A stretch of DNA of 64,000 nt from Lama glama (lineage: Eukaryota): contig CM052837.1 of assembly GCA_028534125.1 (NCBI GenBank), positions 36,456,001 through 36,520,000 on the forward strand, given 5' to 3'. Within the stretch, counting starts at the first letter, position 1. Each line of letters opens with the position of its first letter. The notes beneath the pieces were generated by a model. That model was not told where the DNA came from. It did not search any database and saw only the letters and a program-made list of their open reading frames with translations. The position numbers were made by a program, and so were the translations under genes. Positions 25,435-37,400 of this stretch are shown here, piece after piece.

Positions 25435-28400
25435 CCCCCGAGTTCATGGGTACAAAAAACAGATTGGTAGTTGCCAGAGGTGGAGACTGGGGGCTGGGTG
25501 AAATGGATAAAGGGGGTCAAAAGGTACAAACTTCCAGGTATAAAACAATTAAGTCACAGCATGGTGACAACAGTTAATCGTAACGTATTGTATAACTGAA
25601 AGTTACTAAGAAAATAGATCTTAAAAGTTCTCGTGAGAAAAGAATGTAATTATGTGTGGCGACAGGTGTCCACCAGCCTTACTGTGGAGGTCACTTCACA
25701 ATATGTAAAAATACCAGCTCATCGTGTTTTTTGCCTGAAACTAACATAACGCTATACATCAACCACACCTCAGTGAAAGGAAACAGGAGTAATTTTAGTT
25801 CAAAATTTTCTATATTAGGAAGCAAAATCTCTCTCCCCAACTAAACAGAGAAAGAACCGCAGCAGACCTGATCAATATAACCTTAAGGAGCACTCTGAAA
25901 ACATCAATACACTCAAACTTCTGCTAGGTCTAACAAATGTACCAAAGAAGAGAAAGAAAGAAAAGAAAATCAGACAAAAGGAATGCAAGGGCATTTAAAA
26001 GTCACACACAGAATGCTGTGTGACTTTTTAACTGTGTAGCTTTAGGCCACACATTTTAAATCCAAGTGATATAAACAATTTGCTAAGAAAACACAAATAA
26101 CCAAAAGTAACTTCAGGTGAGGGCGGGAAGCTCACAGACTAATAACCACAGCGGCAATGAAGCCCCTCAGCTAAGATCTCCACCGCGAAGCACGCGTCGG
26201 GACCAGGTGGTTCTATGGGAGGTTCTATCGACCTTGGAAGAAATGGGTCATTCCTGTGATTTTCAAACTGATCTGGAGCCTAACCAAGCAGAGGTCATCT
26301 CCCAAACATCTTACAGGATGAATTACAAAACCAGAACAAGACGGCACCAAAAAACCCCCAAAAAAGCTTTCACCCAGTCTCACGAATACAGGACACAAAC
26401 ATGTACGTCCAACACTGGGTCCACATTAGGAAAAACGTTAGAAGGATTCATCGTAGAATTCAGATTAAAAGTGAAACCCTGCATCAGTGCGATGACCCGG
26501 TGCTCACCGAGGGCCAGCGCAGAAAGGAGGGATTTTCAGCGGTTTACACCAGGGATCGGCACACTGCAGTCCAGTGCTCCACGGCCTGGTTTATACATAA
26601 AGTTTTATTGACACACAGCCACACCCATTCATGTGCACATGGTCCACGGCTACTTCCGAGCTGCAACACACAACAGCAGGAGCTGGCTCTCAAAGTCGCC
26701 AGCACTGGCCCTGTTCAGAAAACGTTTGCCGATCCCTGGTTTACCTCATTGATGAGAAGCTAAACATTTAAATGTAAAAAGGAAAAAAACTGGAAAAAAA
26801 AAAAAGAAAAACTGCTAAAGAACCAGACATATGGAAATAGTTGGGTTCGGCGACCATCATCAAAATGTGACTGAGTCAGAGACCAGGAAGAACGAGGTCA
26901 GCGGATTCAACTGAAGTTTAAAACACCTGCATGTGAAAAATGTTTAAAAAGGGCAAATTACCCACTGGGAGGAGAGGCCAGGACTCGTGGGGAGCAGCTG
27001 ACCTAGTTCATATGCACAGAGCTCGTGACCAGGAACAGGTGAAGACAAGGGTGAGCGGCGACCTCGGGTGGGCGGCTCACACGTGAACGCAACCAAAGGC
27101 ATCCAGAAACACGAGTAAAGATTCGACCTTGCAAACGAGCCAAAGAAACGCAGCTAGAAACAATGAAACACCAGATGCCACCAGTTACAGGACACACCAC
27201 TGCTTGGGCGATTGTGTTAGGAGAGCGGTTTGGCAACCTGCAGCCCAAAGTGTCCCCAGACGTGCAGGTCTAGTGACCCAGACCCTTCTTCCAGGAAAGC
27301 GTACCCCAGAAACAGTTAAGGATTCCTGGAAAGCTTTAGCTGCAAGGATGTTTACCGCAGTGTTTTTTTTTAAATCTGGAAAGAACCTCAATTTCCAAGA
27401 ATCAGAAGTTGGTTAAATAAAAGCTACATCTGTCTGCGTAACGTGGACCCTAAAATGATGTGTTTACAGGACGTGTGGGTGGAAAACACAATTACACAGC
27501 AGCACACGGCAGTGTTTATGAAAACAGCACACGCACGACGGATGGAGGAGGGGCTGTTTGCAGGCAGTGCGACTCTGGTAACCCTTGTCTTCAGCTTTCT
27601 GCTTACATTTTGAAGATTTTTTAGCATAAATAGGTATTATTTGCACAAAAATAAAACACCCAAAGACAAGGTGAGCAAAATGGAACTGCTCCCTCTCCGC
27701 GGGCCTGGGTGGGGCCCCAGGTGGTGTCCCTTCTGCCCACTCCAGGGGGCCAGGGCAGGATGGGGACCTAGGGGGACACTTACTCACAATCTGTCCGGCC
27801 GGCAGCACCTGCTCCCCGGTGTCATTGTGGGAGAAGGAGGGCACGGCTGAGGGAGGAGACACCACGTGTCAGTCAGGTGGGCTCTGCACCACGAGAGGTG
27901 CAGGGATGGACAAAAGGGTCCACCTGGATCCCCCCAACCCAGGGCTCCAGGCCCACAGGCAGCAATGCTTAGGGGCTCCGGCCCCGGCCCCCCACCCCAG
28001 GCCGGCGCCCTCACGGTAGCAGTGTGGGAAGTCAGTGAAGCCCTCAGCACAGGCGTCGCATCGCGCCCCCGTGAAGTTTGGCCGACAGTAGCAGCGGCCC
28101 GTCAGGTCCTCACACGTCCCGTCAGTGAAGTCCGACTCACAGTTGCAGCCTGGATGTGGGCGGAAAGTCAGGGCGCCCCAAGCTCAGGGCTGTCAGGGCC
28201 TAGGAAGGGCAGGGTCTGCCTCTCCAAGCTGGGAGGTGGGATGGGAGCCGTGGCCAGGCCCCCAGAGAGCTGCAGAGGCTCCAGGGCACCCCAACCCAGG
28301 CAGACCCTGCTTCCGGGCACCCGTCCTTGGATGTTCCCGCCCAGGCTGCCCCACTCACGGCGGCAGACGTAGGGCGAGTCGAGGGGGTGGTCCGGGGCAC

Positions 28401-31400
28401 GGTAGAAGCCGGGCAGGCACCGCTCACAATTGATGCCGGTGGTGTGATGCTGCAGGGACGCAGGGCTGCTGAGTCCAGAACATCTCATCCACCCCACTCA
28501 GTGACCTAACCCCGTCCTCAGCCCCGCCCCTGACCTGGCACGGCCCCGCCCCCGAGAATGCCCCGCCCACCTGACAGTCAATGCACACGCCCCCTCCCTG
28601 GTAGACGTTGTCCTGGTTCTGGCTGGCGTTGCGCTGGTCCACCTCGGGGTCATAGTAGCAGTCGTGGGCGTGGCCGTGGCAGTTGCAGGCTGGAGAGCAG
28701 GGGGCTCAGCCGTCAGCAGGCCTCCACGAACCCCCCCCCCCGACTGGGACCCCGGAGTACATCCCACAAACCATGGGTGACCCCAGATGTGGCCTGGCTC
28801 AGGTGACTGAACAGGCCTTATTGCCTGAATGTGTCAACAACATGTGTTTGAGCGTGTGTAAGCGTGTGTGTATGTGAGTGCACGTGTGAATGTTGTGTGA
28901 GCGTTGTATGTACTATGGGAGCACGTGTGCATGTGTCCGAGAGCAAGCACGGGTGTTGTGTGTGTGCATGTGTGTGCGCAGGGGGATTTACGCAGTCTAT
29001 ATTAACATGACAAGTACCGGAAAATCTGCAATCATCTGTGTAAATGATGTCTTACCAAGAATCTGAAAGGCATCTAAGAGATGCGCACGTGAGTGCACGT
29101 GCACCAGCACTGTGTGTGCACACGTGGGCATGTGTGCAAGGGCACGGGGGTACACGTGGGGCACTCACACTGGCACTCGTTGGCACTGTCGGTGGTGGCT
29201 GGCTTCCACGGCTGCTGGTTGAAGCCAGGGCAGCAGCGGTCACAGGAGCCCCCACATGTGTTGTGCTGGCAGGCACACTGCAACCTGCGGGGACACGAGG
29301 GCACAGGAAGGGCTCAGACCCACCGTGGACCCAGAGGGACACGGGAGAGCAGTGGGAGCAGGGCCGTGTAGGGCCCCTGTCGGGGTGGGAGCCGTGACAG
29401 GGCTGTGTGTCTGTGGGTGGGGTCCGGGGCAGGGCGCTGAGCGGTGGGCACAGGCGACCTGTCTGCAGGTCAGCCCAGAGCGCTGCGGCCTTCAGGATCG
29501 AGCCATGCCCTCCCCGCCAGGGCCAGGACCCAAGGCCAAGCCTCCAGCTTTCCTGGGCCAGCTCTGAGATCGAGGTCTCGCTCAGCCAGCAGCCCTGAGC
29601 TCAGCCGGACGCCCCCACGGATCCCCAGAGGCAAGCGGCCAAGAACCGCTTCCTCTTCCATCTGGGGGCGGACACCGGTCAGGGGGCTGGAATCCTGCCT
29701 GCTGTCCTGGAGAGCAGCTCCGCCGGCTCAGGGGGACAGCTGGCTGCAGCTGAGGACTGAGGTGGTGGCCACCTCCTGCACAGCCCCCACCCCAGCACAC
29801 ACCCACACAGCTCAGCCGAGCAGGGGCAGGAGTCACGGCCCGCTCCCCGGGCTGCTGGCTCCTCCGCCTGGGCCAGCAGCACAGCGGCAGTGCCAGGCAT
29901 CCCCTGAGCAGGACCCCAGGAGCCAGGCCAAGAACACCCCCGGAGCTTCAAATCACGGGAGTCAAATCAGGGCCTTGGGAGTCAGGCCTGCTGCTCCTCG
30001 GCATCCAGGGAGGAGACAGGGATAACCTGCCAGGCGTCTCACCACGGGAAGGCCCGAGGATCTGTGACCAGCAGCCTGTGGCTGATGTTTGATTCTTCAA
30101 GAATCTACATGGTTGGGGCACGCCTGAACCAAGAAGTTGATGCAAAAAGTGGGGTGTTCGGCAAAAGCCCTCACAAAACCACTCTGGAGAGGGTCCGTCC
30201 AACCCAGGGCACATGGTTGCTGCATGGATGGAGCCCTGATGAAGAGCTTGCAAAGGAACGTCCCCACAGGGTCAGCCGACGCACCCAACAGCAGGACGCG
30301 ACCTTGGGAATGGCACTTAATGGAGCGCCGGAGTGGATGGGAGCTAGAACCACAGAGGAGAAGCAGCTGTTCGTGGAGACGCCCCAGGAAGCAGAAAGAG
30401 GAGAGGAGAAATACACTAACTTCTCCCCTTCTCCCACCCTCCCATGTTCCACAAGTACCTCCCACTGGCCACATCCCCCAAAAGTCAGAGGGCAGGCAGC
30501 CTGGGAAATGTAGTTCTCTGATATACAGAACAAGGAGAGGGCAGGAAATTTAGATTTGAGGAAGAACAGGATACTTAACATCTTTGAATGTTTTCATTTT
30601 TTTTTCACTTGTGAAATAAGCATTGTAATTCAGTGTTGCTGTAAACATTAAATTATGCATTTAAAGCACTGAGCAGGATGCCTGCCATATTACAAGCTCT
30701 CAATAAATGTTTTCTTATGATGGAAAAGAAAAAAAAATGGAGTGCCGAGTGGAAACCACAAAAACAGAACGTTTCAAGATTATAACAAAAGAATCTAGAA
30801 CATAATAAAAACTGCAACGCTACGAAACATAGGCAGATGTGACCAAAGAGTCCACCAGAATGCCTCTAAGTGAAAAATAAAATTATTGAAATTAAAGATT
30901 CAAAGGATGGGGGTGGGTCTAGCTCAGCGGTAGAGCACATGCTTAGCATGCATCGGGTCCTGGGTTCCATCCCCAGTAACTCCATTATAGAAAAACCTAA
31001 TTATCTCCCCAACAAAATAAGTTTTTTAAAAAGACTCGAAGGATGGGCTAGACAGCAGATCAGACACAGCTGAAGATTCAGGGACCTGAAGAAGCCACCC
31101 AGAAGGCAGAGGGTCAGACACACCCAAGTCCTGGGAGGGAAGGAAGCCATGGGCACCTCCGGCACTACACGCTCCCGAGAGAGAGCAGAGGCCAAGGGGA
31201 GCAGCCGGCCCCCGAGAGAGCCAAAGGCCAGAAGCGGCCCTGAATTAACAAAGACGTATTCTCAAGTTCAAAAAGTGAGATTCCTGGGCAGCAAAAATGA
31301 CGTCCCCTCCTCAATGCTGCAGAGAACAGAAGCCCGTGGAGCTTGGAGGGGAGACGACAGAAGTGTCCGGAAGAGGCAGAAAACCCACAGCGGTGACCAC

Positions 31401-34400
31401 GTAGGCGACAGCAGCCTCTACCCACCATCAGGAGACACCAGAGGCAGTGAAGTGACATCTCCGAAGTGTTGAGAGGCACGGCCATCACCCAGAATGCCTA
31501 TGGCCAGCTGAACTGTCATCCAAGAGCGAGGACAAAATGGGGCAGTTTCAACAACTCCCAGATTCTCATGGAAGAACTGAACAGAGCATCTCAGGAAAAG
31601 GAAACTGAGTCCCCAGAGATGCACTGGGGGCCAAGCAAAGATGGGAAACAAGAAAGCGGGCGTCCGGTGGGCAGCTCCGTGGGCAGCGCCGGGAGCAGGT
31701 GCTGTGCCTGGGGTGAGTGTTCTGGGGTCCCCGCTCATCAGGGAGACAGCTGGTTAAATCTGGATTTGGAGAAGTCAAGTATGCCTTGCAGAGTGAGGGC
31801 CACCATCACAAGCAACAGAACCAGAAAGAAACATATGGTGCCACCCACTGCCAGACATTCACACGTGGAATCTGACCCCAGCGCGATGGCGTCTGGAGGT
31901 GGGGCCTCGTCCACAGGATCGGGTCCTTACATAAAGACCCCAGAGAGCCCCCTCAGGCCTTCCCTGCTGCGCAGACACAGCCAGAAGACAGCCACCTGTG
32001 AACCAGGAAGGGGGCCTCGCTAGTCTCCAGAACGGTGAGAAGCGCACTTCTGTCATATATACGCCACCCAGCCCAGGCACTTTGTTAGCCTGACCCACCT
32101 ACGACACCAAGGTAATCACAACATGGGGCTGTGAAATCAGGCGGCGGGCAAGAGTGAGTGAGGGGCACGGGGGTGGTGATGCAGCTGAGAGGACACAGGT
32201 GAGGCTGGAGGTGGTGGAGGTAAGGGGCAGGGGCTAGCTAGTGGGCAGGGTCCACGAAAGAGAGGCAGAGGTGGAAGGAGTCAGGTGTGCAGGGAGAACA
32301 CGCCTGGCTGATACTCGGGGATGCTGGTGTGGGAGGAGATGCTGGTGTCTGTGGTTCTGGGGAAGGTGCCCATCCCGAGCCACCGCACTCGCCCTGCAGG
32401 GAGAGCTGAGCGTGGTCCACGCCCAGGCGCAGGTGAGTCAGGGCGGATGCCGACGCCTTCCCAGCAGGCAAGGGCAGGCCCACCTCTCCTCTGAGGCCAA
32501 TTTGGCAGCCCAGCAGGCACCCCTCCCGAGCATCACAAGTTCCCACTTGGCACTTAATTTCCCAGTGCAATTAGCTGCGCCTGAGCTCAGCTCCCAAAGC
32601 TGCAGGCAGGAGCCCATGCCTGGGGCCCACTGGAGGCCAGACAGGGCCGGAGGGCCTGCAGGAGGGAAGTGGCCCGAGCCCTTCAGTGAGTGCGACTGCA
32701 CCCCTTCCTCCTCCAGCCCCATCAGCCACACCTGAAGGTGTCTGGGACTCACCACTGGGTGTGGCTTTGTGAGGATCGGGGAGAGCCTCTGCACTGTCTG
32801 TGCTTCACTTGCCTCCACCGTAAACTAGGGTGTGGGCACAGCAGAAGTGGGGGGCTGCACAATTTTGAGGTAAGAGGCTCTGCTGCCTCTCTTGGCACCT
32901 CCTGATCAGCCCTGTCCTGCTCTATGACCCCACAGCACTCAGCCCTGGGGGAGGCCTCTGCACCGGGGACAGGTCTGCACGTTCCCTGTCTGCCCAGACC
33001 AGGTGCTCCTGGGGCTGGGAGCCCACCTGTGTCCCCTGGGCAGGAACAGAGCCCAGTGTCCGCTCAACACAGCTGCTGATGGAGAGGGGGAAGGAAGGGA
33101 GGAAAGAAAGAGAGAAGGAGGAAGAAAGGAGAGACAGAAGGGAAAAAGGAAGGGAGGGATGAACAAACAAGCGAGCCCCATGGCTGGGGGTGCGAGCCAG
33201 GAGGACAGCCCTGGCCCGGCGCCAGGCCCACTGGATAATTTGGCTGAGTACTCACTACCGAATTTAGGGTGACCAGAGCCACTTAGGCACACAGCGTCTA
33301 GAGGCAGCTTGGTAAAGATGCAGATTCCTGGGCCCTGCCTCACTGGTTGGCTCCGGTTGGGGCCCGGGTTCTGCTGCCTGTGGGCTCAGCGCCCTTGGCT
33401 GCCCCAGCGGCACGACCACAGGGCATGTCGGGGTGGGGGGTGGTCTCTGGGCTGCTCCCTGCCCGGAGCCTTGGCCCCTGCTGGTGAGGGGGTGTGAAGG
33501 TCAGGGTGGGAGCAGTAGGGAGTGTATCCTTTGTGTTCTCCAGTAAAGTAGGGGAGCTTCCCCCGTCCCGGGGGACAGGTTACCTCCCTCACTGATCCCC
33601 CTCGACAGGGCCCTGGGCTTGCGGTGTGGAGGGGCAGCAGGGCAAATAGGCCCACGCCTGGCACAGGGCATCCAGGGAGGCCGCACGTGGTGCTGTCCCT
33701 CCGCCTCACTGCGCACGTGGGGAAACAGGCCACGGGGCGGGGAACCAGTGCAGCTCATGCAGGGCCAGGGTCATGGTGGGTAATGCCACCAGGCCTCCTC
33801 CGCCCAGGTTGGGCAGGAAGCTGCAGGTCTCACCTGAAGGGGTCTGTCGGGTCCTTGGCGTCACAGACATCCGCGTGCCCGTGGCAGACGCAGCGGCCGC
33901 CGACGCTGATGTCCTTGATGCTGTAGTAGTACTGCACCCAGCGTGGTAAGCAGAGCGCCATGCACATCAGCCCCCAGCCCGAGCCCCGCGTGGCCCCTCC
34001 CCACCAGCCCCTGCAGCCCGCCCTTGGCCCCGCCCCCGGGGCCCCGCCCCGCGGCCCGCCCACTCACCCGGCGGGTGACCGTGGGGTCCCTCAGCGCCTT
34101 CCCCATGAGGTGGCCCAGTAGCGTGTTGGTGCGCAGGAAGCGCAGGCGGATGTTGGTGGCTTTGGTGAAGTCACGCAGCAGGGGCGAGTAGGAGAAGTTC
34201 ATGGCCCCTGGGCGCCCGTTCACCAGGGACACCACGATCTGCGGACGGGCCAAGGGTCAGGCCGGGTCGTGGCCCCAACACTGACCGCCACTCCTGACCA
34301 GCCGCCCGCCAGCGCCGTGCCGCCTCGCGAGGGCGCACCTCGCCATTCTCCAGGGGCACGATCCGGGAGTACTCCGTGGTGCAGAGGACAGCGTCATCCC

Positions 34401-37400
34401 TGGAGATGCGCTCCAGCGTCTGCGGCCCGAAACGCTCCAGGCAGTCCCTCTTGGAAGCTGCAGGAAGGCAGGAGGGTGAGGGCGCCGTGCTCCGGGAAGC
34501 CCTCAGGGCCCGTCCCACGTCACTGCCCTGCCTGCCTGGGCTTCTCGGAGCCTCACAGCCTCAACCGTGAGGCAGCATCAATCAGCGGCTGGAACCCAGC
34601 CCGTCCCTCAGGGCTTTGTTGAAGAGTGTGGCACTCTGGATCACAGGGAGCCCCCTCAGGAGGGCATGGCCCCTGCCCAGGCTGACCCTGCCCAGGCTGA
34701 CCCTGCCCATGTCCCAGTGACTCTGAACTTGCCCACATCCAGGCCTTTGCTGTTCCTGCCCAGCTCTCTGTACAGGACCAGTGTCCCCCTGGGTGGCCCT
34801 CCTCATCCCCATCTTCGGGGGACCCCTGTTCCTGACTGTCCCTTATAGCACTGCCCCACCCTCACTCTTGGGCCTTGGAGTCTGGGGAGACACATGTCCC
34901 AGACACCCTCAATCAAAGCATCCCCATCAACATGATTGGTAAGGTGGTACAAGGCCGGCCAGTGAGCAGGGCTCCTGTGCTCTCCGGATCTGGCAGCTAA
35001 GCTGGCCGCCTCTGTCACCTCCGGAGCTGCTGGAGGATGAGGCCAGTCCACAGGAGCCAGGAGATGGCCTGAGACTCCTGCACCAACAGCGCTGGCCCCA
35101 GCTGCGCCCTCATCAGGGAGGAGAGCCACCAAATCCCCACCTGCCTTCGGGAACGTGCCCTGACCCACCCAAAGCCGGGGTGAGGGCAGGCCTGGCATCT
35201 GGAGACCCTGAGCGTGCATGACGATGGCAGCCCATCCCAGGGGACACCCCCCAGCCCCGGGACACTCACAGGCGAAGAACTGCCACGGCTGGTAGGTGCG
35301 GCCGAAGTCCGTGGACCGCTCCAGCACCCAGAGGTCCGGCCGAGGGGAGTTGGCAAACTTGATGAGCACGTACGCCACGTGGAACACCTGTGGGGCAGGG
35401 AGTGTGTGGACACCCCTGAGCCCCTTCCATGCTACTCGGGGCCCCACGAGCGCCTGGAGGGCCACCCTAACCCTGCAAGGCAGGGCTCCCTTTTCCCACA
35501 GGGGACATCTGTAGGTTTGCCCACAAGGGCCAGAGGCACCCAGGGGCGAGGGCCAGCGGTCCGGCCCAAGGCCATCGAGGCCTGCACTGGGGACACAGAG
35601 ATGACCATCAGGAACCCATCATTTTGGAAGGGCTCCCTTCTTGGACCTGGGGTTACCTGAGCCTAGAGCGCAGACCCACCTGCCTCCCCATTCCCACCCC
35701 AGGAGCTCAGAGAGCCACACTGGTCCTTTGGGCTTTGAGGCTGCAGACAGGCCTGATAGGGGCTGGAGTCAGACGGGGCACACATGGGGCAGCCTGTCTA
35801 CTGGGCCCAGGCAGTGGGGCTGGGTAAGGCAAAGACAAGACTCATCCCACTGTCCCCAGAGCCCTGGTGGCCGGCCTGAAAAGGTGGCTAGACAGTGTCC
35901 CAAGCTCCCAGGAGCCTGGCATAGCCGACAGGTGAACCCCTGTACCGGGATGGGGCTCCTGTCCCAGCCTCACCCCAGTCACCCCCATCATTCTCAGAGC
36001 TGGCTCAGGACCTGCCTGTTTCACCTAACACTGACCAGCTCGCTGCCAGAGGGCCCCAGGCGCAGGCAGCACGAAGCAACCAGGGCCCAGCCCCCACCAC
36101 GTCAGGAGCCCCAAGGGGGCAGATGGACTGGAAAATGGGCCTTCCCAGAGCTGGGCTGGGGAGACCCTGCCAACTCAGGAGTCAGAGGCTGGAGATCTGG
36201 GGGGCTCTGGGCACGTCAGGGCAGCACCCAGCCAAGGGAGGGGGAGGCTGCTCTTCAGAGGCACCCAGAACCCCTCACCAAGGCCCCACGCCCACCTCTT
36301 CTGCTCTCTCCCCAGGGTCTTGGCCTCTCCCCTCACCTCGTCCTGGCTAGAGGTCAGCATCCCTGGCCGTCCCTGTGTCCTGTACCCCTCCTCGGCTGGC
36401 TGCCCCCTGGCCCTGCAGTATGGCCGGTCTTAGCCTTGGGCCCCCTGCCCTACCTGGCAGCGCCTGGGGAAGCCCTCCTGACTGCAGCCCAGCCATGCCG
36501 GCGCGAGCGCCTTGGACATGCAGGTGCAGGGGGGCGGGGTGATTAAGACGCCCCTTCCAAGAGGCAGCTGCTCTGTGGAGGCTGAAGGGCCCCTCCAGGC
36601 TGGGGAGCTGGGTTCTCACTGCCCAGGGCACAGGCCACAGCCCTGGGAAGGGGCTCTGGGTCCACTGAGAACAGCCACTGGGAATGGCTCAGGCAGAAGC
36701 CTCTGCCCAGCCTGTGGCCTCGATGAGGGGCTGAGCCAAGCAGACCCCCGAGAGGGTGGCACCTGGCAGAGTGCACCCCTGCTGTGCGCCCGTCGCTGGG
36801 GTGGCACTCGGCCTCAGCCGGCCCTACCTGGGACCACAGTAGGGGACTGTGGTGTCCGGACCATGTAGCTCTGAGGGCCAGTGGTAGAGGGCGCTCTGCC
36901 CAACCCTCACTTCGGCCCCAAGGCCAAGAGAACAAAGCAAGACAGAGCCACTGTCCAGGCTACTCTCTCTGTACGAAGTTTGGGCTCCGAGGAGACCCGG
37001 GCAGAGCTGGCAGGGGATGCGGGCACCCAGCCTGCACGCGGGGAGAGTGGGAAGCCCTGGACGAGGGCAGAGACACAGCTAGTGAGTGCACGGTGCTTGC
37101 AGGGCGCCCGTCCCTGCCCTAGGCCCCCAGACCACACCCCCACCCAGGCCCCTCACAGGAGAGCCCGCAGGTGGGCTTTGAGCTGCCTGCCGGCCACTCA
37201 AAGGGGATGGCAATGCCACACTGCAAACCACCCACCATGGCCTGAGTGGGGCCCTGCCTGGCCCAGGGGAGCAGGCTCCCTTCTGGTGTCCACTGGTCTG
37301 GATTTCTGCCTGGACCAGCGGGACTTCTGGTGGCTGGCCAGGTCCCGAGCCTTGGGCCACATGGGGCAGAGTGGAGGGTCCCCTCCAGGGCGGCCAGGGC

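Larger units (their letters stand above)
23850..27660 (+). mobile_element. Old, decayed LINE-1 remnant(s) filling intron 11, interrupted by other elements
   Basis: A-rich + strand with L1 ORF2-like segments (e.g. AATCTCAAATTCC...TCTGACCACGATGCAGTAAAAC; GCAAGGATGTTTACCGCAGTG); no intact ORF; boundaries approximate. Confidence 0.55.

Noticed and set aside
30909-30985. Possible tRNA-Ala gene
   Set aside because: Degenerate stems, a SINE-type tail and a TSD, with related copies elsewhere in the window; it is a SINE.
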